This document shows positions 54,890 to 63,708 of a stretch of 64,000 nt of DNA, piece after piece (within the stretch, counting starts at the first letter, position 1; the number at the start of each line of letters is the position of its first letter). The notes beneath the pieces were generated by a model. It saw only the letters and a program-made list of their open reading frames with translations. It did no database searches and was not told where the DNA came from. The position numbers and the translations under genes were made by a program. Where the stretch lies: contig JANRKO010000006.1 of NCBI GenBank assembly GCA_033763455.1, positions 384,001-448,000 of the forward strand. Direction: 5' to 3'. Origin of the DNA: Polyangiaceae bacterium. GTDB taxonomy: Bacteria > Myxococcota_A > Polyangia > Polyangiales > Polyangiaceae.

Positions 54890-56083
54890 ATGACTCAGCG
54901 CACGGTATGGTTCGGTTCGGCATGTGTAGTGTGGGCCAGCGCTTATGCGTGCTCCTCGCCCGACGCATCGCCACCGCGAGCCGCATTGCCTGATCCAACC
55001 AGCACAGTGGTTGCTCCCCCGCGCCCCGGGCCTACGTCGATCCCGCTCATGCTTGGCCCGTCTGGCGGAATGGGGAGCACGCCAAACATGCCCGTGCCCC
55101 CGCCGCCGGCCGCAGGCGGAACGGTTAATCTGTTGGGCTCTACTAGGGACCTATCTGGCTACAATACCGGGGAACAAGGCTGCAATCCAGAGAATGGCTG
55201 TGCGGGATCCATGATCGCGGGGGACCCGGGCAAGGTTCTGCGTGAGTTATGGATGGATGTCCCGAAGGCGGGCTACCCAAACAACACCTCGGCCGTGGCC
55301 GCGTTCACTTCTCGCGCGTATTCTCCTGATTTCCCGGACCACCCAAGCTTTACGGACCAGCTCATTGCTGGCCTGCAAGCTTACGCACCGGACCAACCCT
55401 TGAAGCCCCGCAATTGGGACGACAACTACGGTCAACGCATTCGTGGTTTCATCAAGGCGCCCGAAACGGGCCTTTACGTCTTTTGGCTGGATTCTGACAA
55501 TGCGTCGCAGCTGTGGCTCAGTTTGAGCACGCCAGATAAGGCTCAGCCGATTGCCGCCGTGGACGACTACTCGCCAGCGAACAGTTTTCTTCTCCCAGGC
55601 CAGCGCTCAGCGCCGATACCTATGACGGCAGGCAAGCTCTATTACATCGATATTTTTCACAAGGAGGGTGGGGCCGATGACTTCTGCGAGGTGCGTTGGA
55701 CCAAGCCGAGCGATCCACAAGGAATGCCGGGCCACACCTATCAGGTAGTGCCGCCGACAGTTCTCTACACAGCGGTCCCTGGGGTTGATCCGGGCCCAAC
55801 CGGAGGCACAGGGGGCATGGCAGCCGCGGGCGGCGCGGATTCTGCGGGTGGGAGCCCGAGCGGTGGGGCACCTTCTGGTGGCACGATGGCCGGGGGGAGC
55901 TTTAGCGGCGGAGCCCCCGCGAGCGGCGGGGCCAGCGGCGCCATCAATAGCGGTGGCACGAGCGCCAGTGGGGGCGAAGGCGCCGGTGGCGCGAACAACG
56001 GTTCCGGCGCGGCGAGCGGCTCAGCGGGAATCAGCGGTGGCGGTGCGAGTGGCCAGTCCGGAAGCTCAAGCAGCTCCGGTTGA
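54890..56083 (+). CDS. PA14-domain lipoprotein with Gly/Ser-rich C-terminal tail
   Basis: AYAC lipobox; DNYGQRIRGFIKAPETGLYVFWLDSDNASQLWLS..QRS.PI...AGKLYYI..HKEGG. Confidence 0.82.
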   Translation: MTQRTVWFGSACVVWASAYACSSPDASPPRAALPDPTSTVVAPPRPGPTSIPLMLGPSGGMGSTPNMPVPPPPAAGGTVNLLGSTRDLSGYNTGEQGCNPENGCAGSMIAGDPGKVLRELWMDVPKAGYPNNTSAVAAFTSRAYSPDFPDHPSFTDQLIAGLQAYAPDQPLKPRNWDDNYGQRIRGFIKAPETGLYVFWLDSDNASQLWLSLSTPDKAQPIAAVDDYSPANSFLLPGQRSAPIPMTAGKLYYIDIFHKEGGADDFCEVRWTKPSDPQGMPGHTYQVVPPTVLYTAVPGVDPGPTGGTGGMAAAGGADSAGGSPSGGAPSGGTMAGGSFSGGAPASGGASGAINSGGTSASGGEGAGGANNGSGAASGSAGISGGGASGQSGSSSSSG

Positions 56084-56133
56084 ACCACGAGCGTGGGACG
56101 CCCTCCAGATGGCGCGCTACGTCCTAAGCGCTC

Positions 56134-57486
56134 TTACTTGATCGGAAGCCGTGAGATCGAAGTTAGGTTGGAGAGCAGAACTCGCATCGCGTCTGCAATC
56201 GACCTCGCGCCGAGCCCCGGATTGCTTTTCAGCGCGCAGTTGAGCGGGGAGGATTCGAAGGGCTGGCCTCCTAGTGCTTCACGCTGAGTGTACGCGGCCA
56301 CCTTCTTCACGAGGCACTGTTCCAGATTGGGGGAAGTGGCCAACTGCGCCATGAATTCCCTAACGCTTTGAAACTTGAAAGTGCTTTCGCCTTGGTCAAA
56401 CGAGCTGGCGAAATAACCCGAAGCATCTATCGGTTGGCCCCCGCCGAGAACGGGCCGATATTGACCGACGCCATTGAAGTGTTCAAACGCCCCCCCGGCT
56501 GGATCGATCAACGTGTGGCATCCCTGGCACACGGGGTCGTTCACTTGTGCCCGAATTTCGACGGCAGAAAGGTGCGGTGGTGGGGTTGCTCCATGAGGGG
56601 CAACGTTTGCGGGAGGGGCCGGGACGAGCGAGCAAAGAGCATCTTCCAACACCGCCTTGCCACGGCGCGCTGCGTTCACATTTCGAGCTAGCCAGAACCC
56701 GCGCGTCAAGATCCCAAAACGCTCCTGCGCGCCCAGATCTACAGTATTCCAAAGATCGCTTCCAGGCGGGGAGGGTGGAGGCGGAGCAGCGTAATAGTCT
56801 GCTAGTTCTCGGTTAATTACCGATTGGCTCGACGTGAAAATTTGTTCGAGCGTCCCTTGGCGATCCTGCAAGGTCCACTGCACAAACAAGCGCCCCTCTT
56901 CCGCCATGAGTTGATCAGGCGCGTGTTGGGGGGAGTTGGAGGCCCCGCCGGTTCCCGTAGCTCCTCCAAAGTCGATGCTCACGTTCGTAAGCCCGAACCA
57001 ATCAAGTGCAAACTTTTCGAGACCCACCTGGCTGCGAGGATCCGCTTGCATGAGCTTGATGACGTCCGTCGTAGGCAACGCGTCGACGATCGGAAGGACT
57101 TCTGCTATGAACGCCGTATTGCCCCAGAGGGCGGCTGTCAGAAAATAGGTGAGGTCCTTTGGAGACGTCGGGCAACTAACGATAACCGGTGGTTGTATAA
57201 TGCCCGGGTCGATGGTTGGCATGGTCGCGGGTCCAGTTGTTCCGGGCGTTGCTCCATTCCCCGGAAACATCGGTTTCCCATTGCCGGGATTGCCGCCACT
57301 CGCTGAAAAAGCGCCACCTGATCCAAAGCTCGGAGCTCCACCGGTAACACTTGCAGTCCCTGTTGAGTCGTCAACAAGTGCCTTCCCGCCGCAACTGGAG
57401 CTGCCCACTCCGAGTACTGCGAGAACCGCAGCCGTCAAGCGAAACAAAGGGCGATGCATGCTGAAGCGTCCGGAGGCTTTGGCCAT
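56134..57486 (-). CDS. DUF1592/DUF1588/DUF1585 family lipoprotein with a CxxCH heme motif
   Basis: F..DWFGL, ELADYY, ERFGILT, RRG..V....LC, CQGCH.LIDP.G..FEHF..VGQYR. Confidence 0.8.
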   Translation of the reverse strand: MAKASGRFSMHRPLFRLTAAVLAVLGVGSSSCGGKALVDDSTGTASVTGGAPSFGSGGAFSASGGNPGNGKPMFPGNGATPGTTGPATMPTIDPGIIQPPVIVSCPTSPKDLTYFLTAALWGNTAFIAEVLPIVDALPTTDVIKLMQADPRSQVGLEKFALDWFGLTNVSIDFGGATGTGGASNSPQHAPDQLMAEEGRLFVQWTLQDRQGTLEQIFTSSQSVINRELADYYAAPPPPSPPGSDLWNTVDLGAQERFGILTRGFWLARNVNAARRGKAVLEDALCSLVPAPPANVAPHGATPPPHLSAVEIRAQVNDPVCQGCHTLIDPAGGAFEHFNGVGQYRPVLGGGQPIDASGYFASSFDQGESTFKFQSVREFMAQLATSPNLEQCLVKKVAAYTQREALGGQPFESSPLNCALKSNPGLGARSIADAMRVLLSNLTSISRLPIK

Positions 57487-57616
57487 GCCGGGACTCTACC
57501 ATGGCTTTTGCCGCCTACTGCACCCTTAGCTAGACTTAGGCCCCGCGTCCTTGCCCAACGTATCCGGATGCCGTACCTGGCCACCTATGGCGCATGAGCG
57601 CACTCAGGGCACCGCT

Positions 57617-57979
57617 CTATGGGATCTGCACGATCACGTCGTTGCCTTCGGTGATTAGCTCGAAGCGTTCGAGTGATTCGCCGCTGCAGGGCCCCCATTC
57701 GCAGGCACCTGTTTGCGGGTGGAACAGCGCGCCGTGGTTCTTGCACACGATGCGCTCGAGCGCGCCGTCGTAGAAATCCCCCGTGCCGTAATCGAGATCA
57801 ACGCTCCAATGAGGGCAGGAGTTAGCGAAAGCGACTAGGCACTCGCCGAAGCGCAGCACGAAGCCCTCTTCAGCTACGTTGCCGCGTTTAAAATGGAAGC
57901 GCACGCTCTCCCCATGTGCGAGCTGCCCCACGCCGCTCACCCGGACGGTTTGTTCTCTACGCTCGCCCGATCCGCTCAT
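57617..57979 (-). CDS. Rieske 2Fe-2S ferredoxin
   Basis: NSCPH..CKNHGALF.P.TG.C..GPC.G..L. Confidence 0.88.
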   Translation of the reverse strand: MSGSGERREQTVRVSGVGQLAHGESVRFHFKRGNVAEEGFVLRFGECLVAFANSCPHWSVDLDYGTGDFYDGALERIVCKNHGALFHPQTGACEWGPCSGESLERFELITEGNDVIVQIP

Positions 57980-58025
57980 GGCCTGCACTTGGTCTGCGAA
58001 CGCAAGGTCGTAAGTTGGAACTTTT

Positions 58026-59270
58026 TCATTGGGTTCTTGCGATCGCGCGGAGCGTGCCGATGCGTTCAACGAGTGGCGGGTGCGAGTAGTAAAAGGCCGC
58101 GTAGAACGGATGTGGGTGGAGGTTGGAGAGGTTTTCTGTGCCAAGCTTGGCGAGCGCGTCGGCTAAGTCATGGGCGTGGCCATGGAGCTCGACAGCAAAA
58201 CGATCGGCTTGGCGTTCATCACGGCGTGACCAGGCGGCCAAAAGCGGCGTGAGAGGAAACATGAGCGCTGAGCTCGCCAACATCAGGATCAGCATTCGCG
58301 CGGGAAACGACGCCGAAGCAAGACCAACCAGCTGGGGCAAGGCTTCGCTCGGCGCCAGCCGAAAAGCCAGATACGCAGCGACAACGAGCAATACCTGCAT
58401 TGCCAGCATCCGAATTAGCACATGATGCTTCTTCCAATGCCCGAGCTCGTGCGCCAAAATCGCCAAAACTTGCGGGTGGCTCATTTGCGCTAGCAGGGTG
58501 TCGAAGAGCACAACCCGCTTTACTCGGCCCAATCCCGTAAAATAAGCATTCGAATGCGAGCTTCGGCGTGATGCGTCCATCTTTAAGACGCGCCCTACCT
58601 GAACTCCTGCTCTCTCGGTCATCGAACGAATTCCGTCGGAAAGGCCAGCGACCTCAAGTGGCTCCATCTTGTTGAACAGCGGTTCGATAACGTACGGCGA
58701 TAGGAAGGTCAAAACCAGGCTGACACTGGTGATGAGCGCTGCCACCCAAAGCCACCAAGTGTTAGGTGTAGCTTGCACGAGTGCGAGCGCTCCAGCTGCC
58801 AACGTACTGCTGAGCAGCAGCCACAAAGCGGTGCTTTTAAGCCAATCACCCCACCATCGCGCGGCGGTTTGGCGATTGAAGCCATGCCGCTGCTCGATGC
58901 GAAAGTCCCCGTATAGTTGAAACGGCACCTCCAAAATTGCGCTCGCCACCAAGAGCCCGATGATGAAAACGACCCCACCGAGCACGAATGATTCGGTGAG
59001 GCTATGAACCCACGCGTCGTAGGCGCCTAGGCCGCCGGCAAACACGAACACGCCAGTCGCCGCGGCAGAAGCACCGCTGTGAACCAAACCGAAGCGCGCC
59101 CGTTCCGTCGTGTAGGCGCTGATCTTAAGTAGCTTTGCCGCATCCACCTCCCGCTCGAGGCCGGTCGGCACCCGGTGCCCCTCGCGCACCAAATGGCGCA
59201 GATTCAGCCACGAGAGTGCGAGGCGCGCGCCAGCGACAGCAATGAAAATCAAAAGCGCTACGTCCCGCAT
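58026..59270 (-). CDS. M48A (Ste24-like) membrane zinc metalloprotease
   Basis: FGLV/GFN, PLFNK, NAYFTGLG..KR.VLFDTL, HELGH, E..AD, SHPPL.ERI. Confidence 0.93.
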   Translation of the reverse strand: MRDVALLIFIAVAGARLALSWLNLRHLVREGHRVPTGLEREVDAAKLLKISAYTTERARFGLVHSGASAAATGVFVFAGGLGAYDAWVHSLTESFVLGGVVFIIGLLVASAILEVPFQLYGDFRIEQRHGFNRQTAARWWGDWLKSTALWLLLSSTLAAGALALVQATPNTWWLWVAALITSVSLVLTFLSPYVIEPLFNKMEPLEVAGLSDGIRSMTERAGVQVGRVLKMDASRRSSHSNAYFTGLGRVKRVVLFDTLLAQMSHPQVLAILAHELGHWKKHHVLIRMLAMQVLLVVAAYLAFRLAPSEALPQLVGLASASFPARMLILMLASSALMFPLTPLLAAWSRRDERQADRFAVELHGHAHDLADALAKLGTENLSNLHPHPFYAAFYYSHPPLVERIGTLRAIARTQ

Positions 59271-59333
59271 GTTTGCAAGCCTAGGACGCAGCGTCGCACC
59301 AAGCCAGAGGGCTCCCTCAATCTAGGAGCGTTC

Positions 59334-59975
59334 TCACTGCGGCAAGGGGGCAGGGTTTGGTTGCGGGGGAGGTTGCGAGGGATACGGCTGTTGTGGCGCT
59401 GTCGGTGCGGTTGGTGCGGTTGGCGCACTTGGCGCGGGGTACGGCTGTGGTGCGGGCTGTTGCGGGTAGGGCGCGGCCGGAGCTGGGTATGTTTGAGGAT
59501 TCTGGGCTGGGGCTGGGTAGGCCGCAGGGGGTGCCGGTGTGTAGGTACCTTGTGGTGGCAACTGAGGGCCGAATGCGCCAAAATTCGCGGGGGTGGCTTC
59601 GCGACAACTATACTCTACGGTTCTAGTAGCGAACAGAAGTGCGGCCGCGTTCCCAGCCGTTGAGATGCACGCCGAGTACTTAGCGCTATCGCTGCTGTCA
59701 CATATCCCAGCGCCGAGGAGCGCGCCGCCCGCGCCCACCCCCAAGCTGATCAAGAAATCTATCCCGTTGTAAGATGAATTCACGTGGGTGAGCCCCTCGC
59801 TGCATTCCTCGCCGGCCGGCCCACTCAACGGCACCAGGCCTGCCAACAAGAATGACTGTCGATCGCTATGCTTCGGCAGTCCCGGCGGCTGGGGCGTGCG
59901 AACCGCTGTCTTGTAACAACCGCCGAGCGTAGCCGAGGCCAATAAAAGGAAGGAGAGGGCAGATTTCAGCTTCAT
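59334..59975 (-). CDS. Bor/Iss-like lipoprotein with Pro/Gln/Tyr-rich tail
   Basis: Lipobox LGGC; SFLLAGLVP..C..G..HV..; TRTVEYSC; then PAPAAPYP repeats. Confidence 0.6.
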   Translation of the reverse strand: MKLKSALSFLLLASATLGGCYKTAVRTPQPPGLPKHSDRQSFLLAGLVPLSGPAGEECSEGLTHVNSSYNGIDFLISLGVGAGGALLGAGICDSSDSAKYSACISTAGNAAALLFATRTVEYSCREATPANFGAFGPQLPPQGTYTPAPPAAYPAPAQNPQTYPAPAAPYPQQPAPQPYPAPSAPTAPTAPTAPQQPYPSQPPPQPNPAPLPQ

Positions 59976-60114
59976 ACGGACGTCGCGCTACCAGAGCGAA
60001 TGGTCGGCGTAAACCCTTGGGCGCCGCACGCTCCGTTACGGCCCTGCCGAGCTCCGACGCCGCCTCGACGACGCCGAACCTCGGCAGAAACTGGCATTGG
60101 CGAAAGCGCGTAGG

Positions 60115-60798
60115 TTAGTAGCTTGCTGCCCCACCCACAGAGTTTGCGTGACCGCCGATGTTCGACTCGGGCGCCGGAGCGATTATTAGCCCTTGACCCC
60201 CGGTCTCACCGAAATACGCGCCGGCGTACCCGCCAGTCGGGCCGCCGTAATACTGGTTCGGATCTTCATAGACTTGCACGTCTATATTGACCTTGCCGTT
60301 CAGCCAAAGCGAGCGACCGCCGATACCAAATTGGTAACTGACCCAGCTCGTAGAGTGGGGAGATACATACGCCCATTGTGTCTCGCCGCTCAGCAATTGG
60401 GCTTCGACAGGCGTTGATACACCGTTTTCAACGCGTTCGAGCGACCAACCCGGCTGCAGATAGATTTGGTACTGGCCCTGTTCAAGATCCACTTCAATGG
60501 AAGGCGCGTCGGGGTTGGTGTCGCTGCTCGCGGTGGTTGGCAGCAACATGGTTTGTTGGTTGGAAGCGCCCCCGGTGCTGTAGCCACCGTAATAATAAGA
60601 ATAGGGTACGATGTCGAAGTTGGCGTGCCGCAGTTGGTACTGTGCACCAGAAGGGCCGTACGTCGTAAGTGGCAACCCGAGGGTTCCCAGTTTTGCAGGG
60701 TCGACTTCGTTCGAGGCGCTGCCGCCACATCCGGTGAGCACCCAGCCAGCCACAAGCGCACATTTCAACAATCCTAGGGTGTGTTTGTTTTTGATCAT
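60115..60798 (-). CDS. Hypothetical lipoprotein
   Basis: GGAG RBS, ATG 60798, lipobox LTGC, G.L.LPLTT..PSG..Y.LR.A.F.I. Confidence 0.75.
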   Translation of the reverse strand: MIKNKHTLGLLKCALVAGWVLTGCGGSASNEVDPAKLGTLGLPLTTYGPSGAQYQLRHANFDIVPYSYYYGGYSTGGASNQQTMLLPTTASSDTNPDAPSIEVDLEQGQYQIYLQPGWSLERVENGVSTPVEAQLLSGETQWAYVSPHSTSWVSYQFGIGGRSLWLNGKVNIDVQVYEDPNQYYGGPTGGYAGAYFGETGGQGLIIAPAPESNIGGHANSVGGAASY

Positions 60799-60859
60799 GT
60801 TCGTTACTCCGAGTGGAAAACGAGAGAGCCTTGAGGTGTCCCTCCCGGAGAACTGACAC

Positions 60860-60875
60860 AGCAAGCTGCATGCCA
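60860..60875 (-). promoter_or_regulatory. Sigma-54 promoter of the 60115-60798 lipoprotein
   Basis: Minus strand reads TGGCATGCAGCTTGCT, a near-perfect match to TGGCACG-N4-TTGCW. Confidence 0.75.
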
Positions 60876-60999
60876 GCGCGGTGCTCCGCGCTAGCTCAGA
60901 TCCAGCTGCAAAATCGGCCAATTTGCAGCACGAACCCTTGGCGCAACGTGTGCCACGCCATGGTGGGCGCGTCACCCTCGGGTGCTCGTACGCCTTCGC

Positions 61000-61423
61000 C
61001 CTGATTACGGATCGTCACCGGACCGACCCCACCTGCGCGACCTGCCACAGCCTCATGGATCCGATTGGTTATGGCTTTTCCAACTACGACACATTGGGGC
61101 GCTATATCACGCAAGAAAACGGGAAACCGATCGACGCTTCGGGAGAAATTAAAGGAACGCAGGATATTGATGGCCCTTTCAACGGTGCGATTGAGTTGAG
61201 CCAACGCCTGGCTGGGAGCAACCAAGTAAGAGAATGCGTAATGGACCAGTGGTTTTCATTTGCCCTGGGTCGCAATCTTGATCCCACTCGGGATGCTTGC
61301 TCGATTGCGAGCGTGAAAGCTGCATTTGTGGCGAGTGATTGCAACCTCAAGGAATTGCTCTTGGCGATCGTGAAGACCGAAGCCTTCCGCTACCGAACGC
61401 TCGCGACGGGAGGTGCACCGTGA
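61000..61423 (+). pseudogene. 3' fragment of a DUF1592/DUF1588/DUF1585 gene
   Basis: Begins abruptly at HRTDPTCATCHSLMDPIGYGFSNYD and ends with the DUF1585 tail. The upstream part of ORF 60881 is promoter DNA of the divergent gene. Confidence 0.75.
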
Positions 61424-62315
61424 AAGACCAAAATCGCGCCAGGCGACACGCTGTGTCGCGCAGAACCATCCTTTCAGGGCTCACCGGAACGGCCGTGCTG
61501 GCTCCGTTTGTGCCGCTTCTCGAAGTGGAGGCTCAGCTCGGCGCGCCCAAACGCCTCATCCTTATGTTCCACCCACATGGCGTTATTCGGGACACGTGGT
61601 TGCCCACGGGGGGCCTGCTCGACTTCGTTTTGAGCCCAACACTAAAGCCGCTCCAGGCGTTCAGGGACAAGTTGCTCATCCTCGACGGGCTCGGCTTGAG
61701 TGCAGATAACGGTACCGGAATTGATCCGGCGCTCGTGGGTGAACCGAGTGGTGGGCCACATACGCGCAACACTTCGCATCTTTGGTCCGGAGCCCCGCTC
61801 GATCCCAACAGCAATTTGTTTTCGCGTGATGCCACGACCTTTGGGTGGGGTTTTGGTACCGCGATCGATCAAACGATCGCGGCGGAGGTTGGCAACGCAT
61901 CGGTCTTTCGTTCGTTAGAGACAACATACCCATGTTGGCGGACCTCCAGACTAGCCTTTTGGCGAGCGCCATTGGCTGTGGCATGACAAATATTGGGAGC
62001 ATCCAGTTTGATCGAAACGAAAACAGCGGCACTCACTTCAATTGGTTGTTCACGGATACCCGCGGGCACCACGAGCTAAGCCACATTTCCGATCCTGACG
62101 AGCTCGGCAAGCTGACTCAAATCTATACCTGGTATGCGACGCAGCTCGCTTCGCTGATGACCAAGCTTGCCGCTTTTCCCGAAGGCCAGGGCACCGCGCT
62201 CGATAACACCTTGATCCTTGACGAGCTTGGTTTAGTCCCACGCGGCGTGGAAAGTCATTGTCGATCGGGAGCAGCGATAGCCTGCTCTCTGCCTGCCTGG
62301 TTAACCCACGCCTAG
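61420..62315 (+). pseudogene. DUF1552 pseudogene (internal deletion with frameshift, truncated C-terminus)
   Basis: GTG 61420, Tat SRRTIL, homology to ..FRSLE (~61920), then a jump in another frame to DNIPMLADLQ..CGMT..HHELSH..DNTLIL; homology is lost after ~62230. Confidence 0.8.
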
Positions 62316-63185
62316 ATTGCGCCTGAATTGCCGAGGTGAGAGCCCGGTGATGCCCTTAAACAGGCGCGAGAAATAATAAGGGTCTTCATAGCCCACGGAT
62401 CGCGCCACGGCCTCCACAGACTCCCCGCTAGTAACTAAGAGTTCACTTGCATGCCGCACGCGGAGTTGCACGAGATGGTCGATGGGTGCTCGTCCCACAA
62501 CTCGGCGGAATTGGCGCGCGAAATACGAAGGCGACCAGCCGGCAACTTCAGCCATGTCATTCACTGACAGCGGGTCGGCGAAGTGGGCCGCAACGTGTTT
62601 GAGAACCCGCTGGATTTCGCGCGGAATTTTCGGCTTTGGCGCGCGGAGCGCAAGCCAGCGTAGAAACACTTGCCGCAGCGCTTGTGCGGATTCGAGCGCG
62701 CCCAAGGCGGCGTCTCGTTCCGCAAACACCGTGAGCACCGAGTGCAATGCTTTGCTCACGGCTTCATTCTGGCCAAGCCGGAATGGTTCTGAAGCGTTGC
62801 CCCATTCAAGCCGTTCCAAGAATCGTTCGGCATCTTGGCCAGAAAAGTGCAGCCATAGAATCGTCCACGGCCTTTCTTGGCTGGACCCGTAGCCGTGCTC
62901 CCCGCCGGCAGGGCACACGAAGATATCACCTGCCGCCACAGCAAGCCTGCGTTCATGAAGGCGCATCCAGCCGCCCCCCTCTATGCAGTAGATCAACACA
63001 TGTTCGTTCAGCGTTCTAGTTGGTAGGTTGTGCCAAGCGGCCTTTGCGAAGTAGCCGCATGCCGTAACGTAGAGGGAGCGCGTGAGCGGATCTGCCTGAA
63101 TCTCGCGTTCGTTTGCTACGCTGAGCGTTCGACTGATGACCGGAGGTTTGGCCTGCAGTGAAGCAGCTTTTTGGCGGGGTGGCAT
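62301..63185 (-). CDS. AraC family transcriptional regulator (cupin + double HTH)
   Basis: LIYCIEGGG, H.Y.S....PW.I.W.HF.G, SPSYFARQF, VGYEDPYYFSRLFK..G.SP..FR. Confidence 0.93.
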   Translation of the reverse strand: MPPRQKAASLQAKPPVISRTLSVANEREIQADPLTRSLYVTACGYFAKAAWHNLPTRTLNEHVLIYCIEGGGWMRLHERRLAVAAGDIFVCPAGGEHGYGSSQERPWTILWLHFSGQDAERFLERLEWGNASEPFRLGQNEAVSKALHSVLTVFAERDAALGALESAQALRQVFLRWLALRAPKPKIPREIQRVLKHVAAHFADPLSVNDMAEVAGWSPSYFARQFRRVVGRAPIDHLVQLRVRHASELLVTSGESVEAVARSVGYEDPYYFSRLFKGITGLSPRQFRRNLGVG

Positions 63186-63313
63186 GGCTCGGGCCTTTTT
63201 TCCGGCGCGGTGGGCGCGGCGAAGAGTGACAGGATAGTCCAGGTTTGTGCCAGGCGTCCATGGGGCGGAGCGGTCGCATATGTCAGGCTTCTCTGTGTGG
63301 TAAGGGTACGGGC

Positions 63314-63687
63314 ATGCAATCAGATCTTATTCGGCATCTTTGGGGCGTCAGTGAACCTCTGACGCCGCGTTTTCGGGAGTTCAAATCGCACGGGTATGTC
63401 GCAGACACCATATTCACGCTCGCGTAGGGCATGAGCAAGGGTCGCAAGTGGCGGATCCGAGAGCTCCCGAATATCAGCGGCATCTGGAGGCTCACGAGCG
63501 CTATTGGGACATGGTCTGGGATGCCCAGGCAAAACGCGGGCTTGAACGCACCACGTTAACCCCGGAGTTTGGGCCCGGCTATATGCCCACGCTGCCCTTT
63601 ACGCACGTGCCCGCGACGGATCTGAGTGTGATTTGTGATTGGATGGCAGAGCGGCAGCGCACACGTTTTGGTCAACGCTATTTTTGA
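63314..63687 (+). pseudogene. Sugar-phosphate isomerase/epimerase (xylose isomerase-like TIM barrel) pseudogene with internal deletion
   Basis: N-terminus MQSDLIRHLWGV..FKSHGY joined out of frame at ~63400 to HIHARVGHEQGSQVADPRAPEY..TPEFGP.Y; about 120 codons in total. Confidence 0.75.
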
Positions 63688-63708
63688 ATAAACACCCAGG
63701 AGTAGACA

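Noticed and set aside
60881..60999. N-terminus of the 180-aa ORF as real coding sequence
   Set aside because: No family similarity, and it coincides with the sigma-54 enhancer region of the divergent gene.
61900..61930. Programmed frameshift in the DUF1552 gene
   Set aside because: A large block of conserved sequence is missing at the junction and there is no slippery site, so a deletion explains it better.
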